A DNA stretch of 64,000 nt from the NCBI GenBank assembly GCA_965279375.1, contig OZ257156.1:4864001-4928000 (forward strand), written 5' to 3'. How positions within the stretch are numbered: the stretch's first letter is position 1; each line of letters opens with the position of its first letter. The notes beneath the pieces are model-generated. The model made no database searches. It was not told where the DNA came from and saw nothing but the letters and a program-made list of their open reading frames with translations. This document shows positions 1 through 9,556 of the stretch, piece after piece. A program made the position numbers and the translations under genes. Origin of the DNA: Gemmatimonas sp. GTDB taxonomy: Bacteria > Gemmatimonadota > Gemmatimonadetes > Gemmatimonadales > Gemmatimonadaceae.

Positions 1-1918
1 GCGCACAGCGCGCCCGCACGACGGCGGGCTCGGTCACACCGTCGGCGATGCTCTCCTCGCGCCACGTCAGCGTCAGCGCGAGCAGTTCGTCCGCCAACAT
101 CAACTCGCGCTCGCCGGGGTCCGCGGCGGGCTCGTCGTCCTCTTCTACCAAGAGCGGATCGGCGAGCATCACGCGCGCATAGAGATCGTGATCCAGCTGA
201 TAGTGCCACCAGAGCGCGCTCTTCCCCGGATCGTCCTCGGTCGGTGCCGACGCGATGCGGGCATCCAACGCAGCGCGCTCGTCGAGAATCCCCGCGGCCC
301 ACGCGCAGACGATCCCCTCGCTCTCGAGCCACGAGAAGAACAGGCGCAGCGTTGCGACCAGTGCACCGACCTCGGCGCGCGCCTTGGGCGCGTGCGACGG
401 ATACCACGAGTACAGGAACACCCGCAGGTGCGCCTCGTGCAGCGCCGCCACGGTCACGCCGTGCCCAAACGCGAGATGCTCGATGAACAGCTGCGCGTTG
501 GACGCATGTGTGCGCAGCGTCTGATCGGCGCGTGCCCGTACGCGCTCTCCGCCACGTGCATCGAGCCACGCCAGAAATCGATCGACCCGCTCCAACTCGG
601 TGGCCAGTCGTGCGTCGAGCGCCTCCTCCGACTCGAGATCGCGCGGGAAGAGCGCCGCAGCACTTGCCGCAGGGCCCGTCGCACAGCCGGCGGAGAGTTG
701 CTCGGGTACGGACCAGAGTCGTACGCGGTCAGGGGCGCGCGTACCGCGATAGGACACGTGCAATCCGGCCGCCGCGTCATCACGATGCCACTCAACGTCG
801 AGCGGTTCGTTGGTGGGCGGCAGTCCGCTGTCGGTCGCGACCAGGTTGGCCAACGCATCCAGCGTGCGCGTCAACATCGCCGTCTGCACCCGCGTGACTC
901 CACCGGCCGGCGTATTGGCGACGCTGAGAATCGGGTGCGCCGCGTTATCCGCGACGGTCCACTTGTGGCGACGAAACTCCTGCTGCATCGGTCGCGGCAG
1001 GGCGCTTCGTGGATCGAAGTAGAGCGAAATCACCGCGCCCTGAAGCCCGCGCATCAAGTCGTCGGGATCGTCCGTCTCGAAGATGCGCAGGAAATCGGTC
1101 TCGTCCTCGTAGAGCACGACGCCAAACTGTTCGCCGGATGCGCCGAGTACGCACGCGTGCCAGGAGTTTGTCGGCCGATCGGTCGCCGTGAAAGAGACTA
1201 GTTCCGTGTCATCGAGTCGTGTCCACGGACTCGCCCGCCAGAAACGCGCGGCCGCATCGAAGAGTGCTGTGCGTGCGTCGTCCGCCATGCCCCACGCCGA
1301 CCACTCGAGTGGCATGGAGAGCAGTATGATGCCTTCGCGGGAGTCTGATTCGCCCTCGACAGCGTCCTCGTTGCCGAGCTGCTTCCGCAAACCGTTCGCA
1401 GCGCGGTCGAGCTCCGGCAGCAGCGCTGACGCGACGACGCGTGTTGGACCGTCGATCAGCCGCTGCATCGCCTGCGCGACGCTTGGGTGTCGAACACGCA
1501 GCGTGTCGGGCGCCTGTAACGTCACGCCATGCCGAGCATGGATGCCGTCCACCGTTTCGCGCATCCACGCCAGCAGCATTTCGGCGACGTCCTCCGGCTC
1601 CGACGGGGGTGCCGCGTCCGGTTGGATTCCGATCACGTAGTCGCCGATGACCAGCAGTCGCACGCAGAAGCGTCCGACCCGCTCATCATCGAGTGCGACG
1701 GGGACCGGCACCGCATCGAGCTCCCAGATGTCATCCCGATCGAACGCCTGCAGGACTTCCGGCGATACCCCGAGCTCGGGTGCGCTCGCGCCGACGCCGG
1801 GCTCGGCGCCCTGCACCAAGCGCAGCGAGCGGGCGCGCTCCGTGTCCGCGTCGAGGCAGCATTGCTTGTACTTCTTGCCCGATCCGCACGGACATGGCGC
1901 GTTGCGACTGATCGACAT
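1..1918 (-). CDS. SEC-C motif protein, partial (runs off the left edge, >630 aa), with an integrase SAM-like helical segment near the C-terminus
   Basis: Translated by hand because it is absent from the ORF track (no stop in window). ATG at 1918 gives MSISRNAPCPCGSGKKYKQCC (SEC-C) and the frame stays open to base 1. Later RFLAWL...TLRTHASNAQLFIEHL...TLRLFFSWLESEG. Confidence 0.8.
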   Translation of the reverse strand, partial: MSISRNAPCPCGSGKKYKQCCLDADTERARSLRLVQGAEPGVGASAPELGVSPEVLQAFDRDDIWELDAVPVPVALDDERVGRFCVRLLVIGDYVIGIQPDAAPPSEPEDVAEMLLAWMRETVDGIHARHGVTLQAPDTLRVRHPSVAQAMQRLIDGPTRVVASALLPELDRAANGLRKQLGNEDAVEGESDSREGIILLSMPLEWSAWGMADDARTALFDAAARFWRASPWTRLDDTELVSFTATDRPTNSWHACVLGASGEQFGVVLYEDETDFLRIFETDDPDDLMRGLQGAVISLYFDPRSALPRPMQQEFRRHKWTVADNAAHPILSVANTPAGGVTRVQTAMLTRTLDALANLVATDSGLPPTNEPLDVEWHRDDAAAGLHVSYRGTRAPDRVRLWSVPEQLSAGCATGPAASAAALFPRDLESEEALDARLATELERVDRFLAWLDARGGERVRARADQTLRTHASNAQLFIEHLAFGHGVTVAALHEAHLRVFLYSWYPSHAPKARAEVGALVATLRLFFSWLESEGIVCAWAAGILDERAALDARIASAPTEDDPGKSALWWHYQLDHDLYARVMLADPLLVEEDDEPAADPGERELMLADELLALTLTWREESIADGVTEPAVVRARCA

Positions 1919-1939
1919 CTCGGGCTCGGTGCGGCGCGA

Positions 1940-2800
1940 CTACTTGCTGGTCGCGAGCTTGGTGGCCTGCTCGATGTCGGTGGCGTGCGCCTGATACTCT
2001 GGCAGGTTCTTCTTGAGCTCCGCGTCCTTCACGGCGAGGAACTGCTTCCAGGCCGTTTCCGCGGCAGCGGCATCGCCCTTGAGGCGATAGGTGCGTCCCC
2101 GCAGCGATAGCGCGAGCAGATGGTCGGGCGAGGCCTTGAGAATCGTGTCGGCCTGCGCGAATGCCACGTCGTAGCTGCCCGTCTCGGACGCGACGCGACC
2201 GTAATCGTAGCGGGCATCGGTGTCGAGCTCGGGCCCCAGCACGTCGAAGCTGGCCATCGCCATCGGCGCGAAGAACGAGGCGCTGTCCCTCTTCCCTTCC
2301 TCGACGTAGCGCATGATGCGGTCGTAGAGGCGGCCGGCACGTTCGCGCGGGCTCATCGCGGAGATATCCGGCGGCGCGCCGCCGCCGCCACCGCCGTTGG
2401 CGAACGGAGCCACACCGGGCGGCGTTCCGGCGGCCCCCTCGGCGGCAGGCGCGGTGGCGGTGCCCTGACCCGAGAAGTAGGCCACCACCGCGATCAGCAG
2501 CAGCGCGGCGAGCCCCCACGGAGCGTAGGTCGCCACCGACGAACCGCCCGCAGCGGCCGGTGAAGCTGCGGCGGCAGCCGACGCGGCGGCGGAGCCAGCG
2601 CCGAGCGGGCGCGTGGGCGTGTCGGCGGTCGGGATGGTGGAGGTGCCGCACTCGCGGCAGAACCGTGCCCCCGGCTTGAGCGGGGCGTTGCAGTTTCGGC
2701 AGCTCGGAGCACCCAACGCGGTGCCGCAGGTCTCACAGAACTTGCCCGAGGCTTGGCTGCCACAGGCCGCACAGATCGTCGTCGCGTCTCGTTCGCTCAT
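1940..2800 (-). CDS. Double zinc-ribbon / single TM / TPR-like protein
   Basis: Four CxxC pairs (CAAC, CETC, CRNC, CREC), TM WGLAALLLIAVVAYF, helical TPR-like C-terminus. Start taken at MSERDA. Confidence 0.75.
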   Translation of the reverse strand: MSERDATTICAACGSQASGKFCETCGTALGAPSCRNCNAPLKPGARFCRECGTSTIPTADTPTRPLGAGSAAASAAAAASPAAAGGSSVATYAPWGLAALLLIAVVAYFSGQGTATAPAAEGAAGTPPGVAPFANGGGGGGAPPDISAMSPRERAGRLYDRIMRYVEEGKRDSASFFAPMAMASFDVLGPELDTDARYDYGRVASETGSYDVAFAQADTILKASPDHLLALSLRGRTYRLKGDAAAAETAWKQFLAVKDAELKKNLPEYQAHATDIEQATKLATSK

Positions 2801-2997
2801 GGGACCAAGTTGGGCGAGGCCTCTGGCGTTGTGTACCCCCCTGCCTGGCGCGGAACGAACCGGGACGGAATTCACACAATTCCACCAGTGATACCGACGC
2901 GATTCGCGGTTGCGCTCGTTAGGTTACGTGAGCTTACGAGCGCGTGGCGTGTCGTCGCAGATGCGGCGTCGCGCCCAGTCCGTCCCCTGCTCTTCAG

Positions 2998-3735
2998 ATG
3001 CTCCCTGCCGCGGTCGATCGCCCCGCGATCATTCTGGACAACATCGCGCACCGATTTGGACGTCGGTGGGCCGTTCGCGGCGTGTCGGTGTCCGTGGCGC
3101 GCGGTGAGGTGCTGGCCATCATGGGGCACAACGGCAGCGGCAAGAGCACACTGCTGCGCGTGGCAGCGACCGCGATCCGCCCGACGCGCGGCGTCGGCTC
3201 GGTCAACGGCGTCGACCTCGTGAAGGATCCGCAGCGCGTGCGCGCGATGCTGGCGCTGCTCTCCACTGAGCCGGGCGTCTACGGCGACCTGACGGCGCTC
3301 GAGAATTTGCGATTCGCCGCCAAAATGCTCGGCGTGTCGGCCGACGGGCTGGCGCTGCAGCGTGCCCTCGATCGGGTGGGGCTTGGGCGCGAGGGGGACG
3401 AACGCGCCCGCAACATGTCGTCCGGCATGCAGCGCCGCCTGTCCATCGCACGGCTGCTGCTGCGTGAACCACAGGTCCTGCTGCTGGATGAGCCGTACAA
3501 CTCGCTCGATCCGGCCGGCGCCCATCTGGTCAACGAACTCATTCGCGAGACGCGCGACCGCGGCGGCAGCGTGCTGCTGGTCGCGCACGATCTGGGGCGG
3601 AGCGAGGGTTTGGCGCACCGCACCGTCGAGATGCGAGACGGGTTGCTGGAAGAGGAGCCGGATACTTCGGACGTCGTTCCGCTGGATACCAAGTCGGCGC
3701 GCGTCATGCGCGTGGAACGCGGAGGCAGCCGGTGA
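2998..3735 (+). CDS. ccmA: Heme ABC exporter ATP-binding protein
   Basis: Walker A GHNGSGKST, signature MSSGMQRR, LLLDEP. First gene of the ccm operon. Confidence 0.9.
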   Translation: MLPAAVDRPAIILDNIAHRFGRRWAVRGVSVSVARGEVLAIMGHNGSGKSTLLRVAATAIRPTRGVGSVNGVDLVKDPQRVRAMLALLSTEPGVYGDLTALENLRFAAKMLGVSADGLALQRALDRVGLGREGDERARNMSSGMQRRLSIARLLLREPQVLLLDEPYNSLDPAGAHLVNELIRETRDRGGSVLLVAHDLGRSEGLAHRTVEMRDGLLEEEPDTSDVVPLDTKSARVMRVERGGSR

Positions 3736-4442
3736 GTACCGACAGCGCAGCGCTGACGTCGCTGCAGGCCGATTGGGGTCGGGTCAAGGCGGTGGCGTGG
3801 AAGGACCTCACAGCAGAGCGGCGAACCAAGTCCAACTTCAACGCCGTCGTCGCGATGGCGGGGCTGATTCTCCTGTTCTTCGGCTTTGCCCTCGGTCCGG
3901 ACGCCGAAGGGCTCCGCAACGCAGCGGCCGGGGTGCTCTGGCTGACCATCCTCTTCAGCGGCGTGCTGGCGTTCAACCGTTCGTACCAGCTGGAGCTCGA
4001 GGCGGGCGCGCTGGAACAGCTGCTGATGTATCCCGGCGAGCGCTGGGCGATTTATCTGGGCAAGTTTCTGGCGAATCTCGCGTTCGTTTTTTTGGTCGAG
4101 GCGGTCACACTGCCGCTGACCGGGGTGCTGTATCATGTCGCCTTCCCGGAGCGATGGGCGACGGTGCTGCTGGTACTGTTCCTCGGCACCACGGGCTTCG
4201 TGTCGCTGGGAACGCTCTACGCGGCGATGGCCAGCCGCAGTCGGTCCCGAGAGGTATTGCTGCCGCTGCTGCTCTTTCCGATGCTCGTGCCGGTGCTGAT
4301 TGCAGCGAGCGGGGCGACGGCGTCGTTGTTGGTAGGCGATGTGATGGGTGACAGCCGGGCGTGGATCCGCCTGCTGGGCTCCTTCGATGTCATTTTTGTC
4401 GTAGCGTCCACCTGGGCGTTTCAATTCGTGATCGAGGGGTGA
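3732..4442 (+). CDS. ccmB: Heme exporter permease CcmB
   Basis: Multi-TM, E..GALEQL and LLPLLLFP motifs, 4-nt overlap with ccmA. Confidence 0.9.
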   Translation: MSTDSAALTSLQADWGRVKAVAWKDLTAERRTKSNFNAVVAMAGLILLFFGFALGPDAEGLRNAAAGVLWLTILFSGVLAFNRSYQLELEAGALEQLLMYPGERWAIYLGKFLANLAFVFLVEAVTLPLTGVLYHVAFPERWATVLLVLFLGTTGFVSLGTLYAAMASRSRSREVLLPLLLFPMLVPVLIAASGATASLLVGDVMGDSRAWIRLLGSFDVIFVVASTWAFQFVIEG

Positions 4443-4453
4443 GGAGATAATCC

Positions 4454-5209
4454 GTGGCTGAAAGCACGCTGAGAACCGCCGCGCCCAAAGCGCCGCCCAC
4501 CGCGCTGCCGATCGAGCTCGAGGCCATGCCGGGCTGGCTCACCGCGTTGACGTGGCTGACCCCTGTCGCCGTCGTCGCGGCCGAGGCTTGGTTCGTCTAC
4601 GCCTCCGCGCCGGATCGCGACATGGGGCATTTGCAGAAGATCATGTACGTGCACGTGCCGGCCGCGTGGAACGCCTTTCTGGCTTTCCTGCTCGTTTTCG
4701 TGCAGAGCGTGCGGTACTTGTGGACGCGCAACGAGCGCGCCGACCTGCTGGCTGCCGCGGGCGCCGAAGTCGGCGCGGTCCTGACCGGACTGACGCTGGC
4801 GCTCGGGTCGATCTGGGGGCGTCCTACCTGGGGCGTCTGGTGGACGTGGGATGCGCGCCTGACCTCCACGGCCGTGCTCTTTCTCGTCTACGTGGGCTAC
4901 CTGGCGCTGCGCGGCCTGACGGACGACCCGGAGCGTCGGGCGCGGTGGAGTGCCGCGGTTGGCATTCTGGGCGCGCTCAACGTGCCGATCGTGTACATGT
5001 CGGTGAAGTGGTGGCGCACACTGCACCAGATGCAGTCGGCTCCCAGCACCGTCGATCCCACGTACGCGTGGGGACTTCGTGCGAACTCAATTGCCTTCCT
5101 GCTCGTTTTGATTGTGTTCATCTCACATCGCTATCGTGGATTGGTGGCGGAGTACGTATTGGAACGTCGCGCCGATGAAGCGGCGCTGACACGGAGGGCT
5201 GGCGCATGA
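4454..5209 (+). CDS. ccmC: Heme exporter / heme delivery protein CcmC
   Basis: YVHVP, WWD motif WGRPTWGVWWTWDARLT, WWRTLH. Confidence 0.95.
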   Translation: MAESTLRTAAPKAPPTALPIELEAMPGWLTALTWLTPVAVVAAEAWFVYASAPDRDMGHLQKIMYVHVPAAWNAFLAFLLVFVQSVRYLWTRNERADLLAAAGAEVGAVLTGLTLALGSIWGRPTWGVWWTWDARLTSTAVLFLVYVGYLALRGLTDDPERRARWSAAVGILGALNVPIVYMSVKWWRTLHQMQSAPSTVDPTYAWGLRANSIAFLLVLIVFISHRYRGLVAEYVLERRADEAALTRRAGA

Positions 5210-5358
5210 ACGGCATGGTCATCGATTCCTGGCCGTACGTGATCGCGTCGTTCGTCCTCACGTGGGTAGTACTAGTGGGCTACAGCGTTCGTCTTTTTCG
5301 CATGATGCGCCGCAATGGCGCAGCGGCGACTTCCCCTGCTTCGGCAACACGCTCATGA
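5206..5358 (+). CDS. ccmD: CcmD-like small membrane protein (50 aa, below the ORF track cutoff)
   Basis: MNGMVIDSWPYVIASFVLTWVVLVGYSVRLFRMMRR. ATGA overlaps with both the ccmC stop and the ccmE start. One TM followed by a basic tail. Confidence 0.8.
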   Translation: MNGMVIDSWPYVIASFVLTWVVLVGYSVRLFRMMRRNGAAATSPASATRS

Positions 5359-5852
5359 CCAGCTCTCCCGCTCCCGATTCGGCGTCGCCCGTTTCCGCCG
5401 GCCCGCGCAACCCGTCGCGCAAGCCGATGGCCATCACGGCGCTCGTCCTCCTCGTCGGCGCTTTCGGCTACCTGATGTACGGCGGTGTCGAAGAGAATCT
5501 CGTGTACTTCCTGACCCCCAACGAACTGGTGGCCAAGGGCGAGAAGGCAGTGGATCGCCCGGTGCGACTCGGCGGACAGGTGGTGCCCGGCTCCGTGGTC
5601 TGGAACGCCGAAGCGCTCGACCTGCGCTTCCGCGTGACGGATGGCTCCAAGGAGGTGCTCGTGCACTCCTCCGGTGCGCCGCCACAGATGTTCCGCGCCG
5701 GCATCGGCGTCGTGGTGGAAGGCAAGTACGGCCGCAGCGGCGTCTTCGAGTCGCACAGCCTGATGGTCAAGCACTCGAACGAGTACCGCGCACCCAAGGC
5801 GGGTGAAGAAGGTCATCCGGCGCGCCTCGACAAGACGCTGATCCGGAGCTGA
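5355..5852 (+). CDS. ccmE: Heme chaperone CcmE
   Basis: N-terminal TM, VYFLTP, VRLGG, PPQMF, heme-binding HxxxY (KHSNEY). Confidence 0.93.
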   Translation: MTSSPAPDSASPVSAGPRNPSRKPMAITALVLLVGAFGYLMYGGVEENLVYFLTPNELVAKGEKAVDRPVRLGGQVVPGSVVWNAEALDLRFRVTDGSKEVLVHSSGAPPQMFRAGIGVVVEGKYGRSGVFESHSLMVKHSNEYRAPKAGEEGHPARLDKTLIRS

Positions 5853-5856
5853 TCAA

Positions 5857-7890
5857 GTGACACGCATTCTTGGCCTGGCGAGTGTCTGGATCGCGCTGGT
5901 AATGGCGGTTTACGGCATCGTCGCCGCGGTCATCGGACTCACCAAGCAGCGGCAGGCCTACGTCGCCAGCGCGATGCAGGCGGTGTACGTCAACTTCGCG
6001 CTGCTGACGCTGGCGACCGGCGCGATGATCTACGGCTTGGTCACGCACGACTTCAGCATCGGCTACGTCGCGCAGGTGGGCAGCCGTACCACGCCGCTCT
6101 TCTACACGATCATCTCGCTCTGGGGCGCACTCGAAGGCTCCATCCTCTTCTGGGGATGGGTGCTGACGATGTACAGCGCTGTCGTGGTGTACAGCAATCG
6201 CAAGCGCGAAGGCAATCTCGTGCCCTGGTCCGCGGTCGCGCTGATGACGATCTGCCTCTTCTTCTTCATCCTGCTCGTCGGTCCGGCCGACCCGTGGGGG
6301 CTCGTTTCGCCCACGCCGGCGGATGGCCCGGGTCCTAACCCGCTGCTGCAGAACCACATCCTGATGGCGGTGCATCCGCCGCTGCTGTATCTGGGCTACG
6401 TCGGGATGTCGGTGCCGTTTGCATTCGCCGTGGGCGCGCTGATGGCCGGCGAGATCCACTCCGCCGACTGGATCAAGCTGACGCGCCGCTGGACGTTGAG
6501 CGCATGGTCGCTCCTCTCGCTAGCGATCATCGCTGGCATGTGGTGGAGCTACGAAGTGCTTGGCTGGGGCGGCTACTGGGCGTGGGATCCTGTCGAGAAC
6601 GCGTCGTTCATGCCGTGGCTCACCGCCACCGCCTTCCTGCACTCGGTCATGGTGCAGGAGCGTCGCGGGATGCTCAAGCTGTGGAACGTGAACCTGATTG
6701 TCTCCACGTTCCTGCTCACCATCCTCGGCACCTTCCTCACGCGCTCCGGCATCATTTCGTCGGTGCACGCGTTCACGACGGGCACGATCGGCTACTACTT
6801 CCTCGCCTTCATCGCGCTCTGTCTCGTTGTCTCGCTCGTGCTGATCGGCGGCAACAGCGACAAGCTGCGCAGCGACGGCTACCTCGACTCGGCGGCCTCG
6901 CGTGAAACGATCTTCCTCTTCAACAACCTGTTTCTGACTGGCTTCACCTTCGTGGTGGTGCTGGGGACGCTCTTCCCGCTGGTCGCGGAAGCATTCAAGG
7001 GTGTGAAGGTCACGGTCGGCGCGCCGTTCTTCAACAAGATGACCATCCCGATCTGCGTCGCCCTGCTGTTCCTCATGGGCGTCGGGCCGGCGTTGCCGTG
7101 GAAGGCGGCGTCGCGTGCACAGCTGCGCACGATGTTCATCCTGCCGTCGGTGGTGGCGATCGCGATCATCGGCATCGCGCTCGCGATGGGCATGCGCGAC
7201 GCGTATGGCATGGCGGCGTTTGCGTTCGCCGGCTTCGCCCTGGTGTGCAACCTGCGCGAGTACTGGATCGGAGCGGCGGCGCGCATGCGCGCCCATGGTG
7301 AAGCGTTTCCCGTGGCACTCGCGCGTCTCATCGGCGCCAACCGTCGTCGCTACGGCGGGTTCATCGCGCACATCGGCATCATCACCGTCGCGGCGGCAGT
7401 CACCGCGTCGTCCAGCTTCCGCTTTGAACGCGACGCCACGCTCAAGCCGGGCGCCGTCATGCCGGTCAAGGGCGATCTGTCCGTGCGCTTCAAGTCGCTC
7501 TGGGAAAAGGATGAGCCGCAGCGTCAGGTGATCGGCGCCGATGTCGAAGTGCTCGACAAGGGCGAGATCATCGGCACGCTTGATCCGCGGATGAACTTCT
7601 ATCGCTCGCAGCAGCAGCCGGTGCCAACGCCGGCCGTGCGCAGCCGTCTCGTCGGTGACGTGTACATCAACCTGATGGCGTTCACGCCGGATGGTCAGTC
7701 GGCGACGCTCAAGGTGATCGTCGAGCCGTTCGTGCCGTGGATCTGGTTTGGTGGACTCATCGTCGCGTTTGGCGCCGTCGTGTCCGCGTGGCCCGTCTCC
7801 CGTCGGTCAGCGCGTGCGGTCGCCGCCGTAGTGCCGCCGATGTCGCGTCCGCAGGGGACGCCCGTCACCGCATCGAGCGTGGCGCAATGA
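5857..7890 (+). CDS. ccmF: Heme lyase CcmF
   Basis: WGALEGS, HPPLLYLGY, WGGYWAWDPVENAS, SVHAF. Confidence 0.97.
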   Translation: MTRILGLASVWIALVMAVYGIVAAVIGLTKQRQAYVASAMQAVYVNFALLTLATGAMIYGLVTHDFSIGYVAQVGSRTTPLFYTIISLWGALEGSILFWGWVLTMYSAVVVYSNRKREGNLVPWSAVALMTICLFFFILLVGPADPWGLVSPTPADGPGPNPLLQNHILMAVHPPLLYLGYVGMSVPFAFAVGALMAGEIHSADWIKLTRRWTLSAWSLLSLAIIAGMWWSYEVLGWGGYWAWDPVENASFMPWLTATAFLHSVMVQERRGMLKLWNVNLIVSTFLLTILGTFLTRSGIISSVHAFTTGTIGYYFLAFIALCLVVSLVLIGGNSDKLRSDGYLDSAASRETIFLFNNLFLTGFTFVVVLGTLFPLVAEAFKGVKVTVGAPFFNKMTIPICVALLFLMGVGPALPWKAASRAQLRTMFILPSVVAIAIIGIALAMGMRDAYGMAAFAFAGFALVCNLREYWIGAAARMRAHGEAFPVALARLIGANRRRYGGFIAHIGIITVAAAVTASSSFRFERDATLKPGAVMPVKGDLSVRFKSLWEKDEPQRQVIGADVEVLDKGEIIGTLDPRMNFYRSQQQPVPTPAVRSRLVGDVYINLMAFTPDGQSATLKVIVEPFVPWIWFGGLIVAFGAVVSAWPVSRRSARAVAAVVPPMSRPQGTPVTASSVAQ

Positions 7891-8507
7891 ACTGGAAGCG
7901 TGCGGCGCTGCTCACGGCGTTCGTTGGTGGTCCGATGATCGCGCTGCTGTCGTACGGCATGACGCGCGATCCGCGCAGCATTCCGTCGCCGTTGCCAGGG
8001 CGTCCGGCACCGGTATTCACACGCAGCGTCTTTGCACCGGGCAACGATCCGGTGCTGCGCCTCCCCGTTGGTGACTCGGTGCGGCTCGCCGACCACAAGG
8101 GGCAAGTCGTCGTCGTGAACTTCTGGGCCTCGTGGTGTCTGGCCTGTCGCGATGAACATGAGGCGCTGTCCAACGTCGCGCGGCGGTACGCTGGGCAGAA
8201 CGTGCGCTTCTACGGCCTGCTCTACAACGATCAGCCCAAGAACGGCATCGACTGGATCGAGATGATGGGTGGTCAGGCGTACCCGGCGCTCGAAGATCCG
8301 GGCGCTCGCGCGGCGATCGACTACGGCTTGTACGGCGTGCCGGAAACGTTCGTCGTCGACCAGCACGGCAGCGTGGCGCACAAGTATCTCGGACCGGTCA
8401 ATCCGGGTGAGTTAAGTGCGCTGATCGACTCCCTGCTGACCACCAACAAGACCTCCACCGACGCACCAGTGGTTCGTACGCTGCCATCGGCCGAGCCGAA
8501 GCAGTGA
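7887..8507 (+). CDS. ccmG: Thiol-disulfide oxidoreductase CcmG/TlpA
   Basis: NFWASWCLAC, YGVPETF, N-terminal anchor, ATGA overlap with ccmF. Confidence 0.9.
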   Translation: MNWKRAALLTAFVGGPMIALLSYGMTRDPRSIPSPLPGRPAPVFTRSVFAPGNDPVLRLPVGDSVRLADHKGQVVVVNFWASWCLACRDEHEALSNVARRYAGQNVRFYGLLYNDQPKNGIDWIEMMGGQAYPALEDPGARAAIDYGLYGVPETFVVDQHGSVAHKYLGPVNPGELSALIDSLLTTNKTSTDAPVVRTLPSAEPKQ

Positions 8508-8980
8508 CGCGGGGAATCGTCGGCACGCTGCGTGCCATCGTCGGGGCGTGCGCACTGAGCGCGATGATGGCGGTGCCACTGCACGCGCAGGGGCAGATGC
8601 AGCCTGCGGCGCCCAAGGCGGGCGTTCCGCTCGCGGGCGCCGACACCCTGCTCGATGCGCGCACCAAGAGCGTCGCCTCGCGCCTGCGTTGCCCGGTGTG
8701 CCAAGGAGAATCGATTCAGGACTCGCCGGCCGAACTCGCTGGCCAGATGAAAGACCTGGTGCGCGAGCAGCTCGCCAGTGGTCGCAGCGAGGCGCAGGTC
8801 TACGAGTACTTCACCGCGAAGTACGGCCAGTGGATTCTGCTCGAGCCCAAGGCGGAAGGCATCAACCTGCTCGTCTACGGACTCCCCATCGCGTTTCTCG
8901 TGCTCGGTGGCGCGGGACTGATGATGGCGGTCAAGAAGTGGACGCGACCGCCCGCAGATCCCATCACCACGTCGGAGTAG
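8504..8980 (+). CDS. ccmH: Cytochrome c biogenesis protein CcmH
   Basis: LRCPVCQ, YGQWILLEP, C-terminal TM. Confidence 0.92.
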   Translation: MTRGIVGTLRAIVGACALSAMMAVPLHAQGQMQPAAPKAGVPLAGADTLLDARTKSVASRLRCPVCQGESIQDSPAELAGQMKDLVREQLASGRSEAQVYEYFTAKYGQWILLEPKAEGINLLVYGLPIAFLVLGGAGLMMAVKKWTRPPADPITTSE

Positions 8981-8984
8981 CGGC

Positions 8985-9458
8985 ATGTTTCGGATCGTCT
9001 CACCTGCCGCGAGACGCACGGCAGTTTGCTCACTCGGCGTTGCGACCACGATGCTGCTCGTAGCCTGTGGAGCGGAGGACACAGCTGGTCGTCAGCCACT
9101 CGGCGCAGGTGCTGCCGCCGCTGGTGCGGTACCAGCTCCGGCGGCCGACGCGCCATCGGCATTGAATGCCACGATTCCGGAGGGTCCCGTTCTCTCGGGT
9201 GAAGCCAAGCTCGCGCTGGATGCGGGGAACACCGCGTATCGCGCCAAGAAGTACGCCGAGGCGATCGGGTACTATCGGGCCGCTGCGGCGGCGGCGCCCA
9301 CGCAAGCCGCCCCGTGGTTTGGCGTCTTCATGGCGGCCAACGAGCTCAAGGATCAGGCGCTCGCCGACAGCGCGATGGCCAGGGTGGATGCGCTGTCGGC
9401 CGATGCCAAGGCACTGCAGGATCACGGGACCAGCAAGCCGGCCGTTCCAAACCCGTAG
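8985..9458 (+). CDS. TPR-like lipoprotein (possible CcmI-role protein)
   Basis: Lipobox LLVAC, TPR-like GNTAYRAKKYAEAIGYYRAA...APWFG, 4 nt after ccmH. Confidence 0.65.
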   Translation: MFRIVSPAARRTAVCSLGVATTMLLVACGAEDTAGRQPLGAGAAAAGAVPAPAADAPSALNATIPEGPVLSGEAKLALDAGNTAYRAKKYAEAIGYYRAAAAAAPTQAAPWFGVFMAANELKDQALADSAMARVDALSADAKALQDHGTSKPAVPNP

Positions 9459-9556
9459 GAGCGGCTTCGGCACGGATTGAAACCATCCGAGCCACAGCAC
9501 CCGTCAAAGGAAGTGTAGCCCGCCGAACATCGCGCTCTCTCTCCCCACGGTGCTCC

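Noticed and set aside
200..620. Integrase or mobile element at the left edge
   Set aside because: Only a SAM-like resemblance. No catalytic residues, att sites or cargo are visible.
188..1201. 337 aa plus-strand ORF and neighbouring short ORFs
   Set aside because: Shadows of the minus-strand SEC-C gene, which has coherent motifs.
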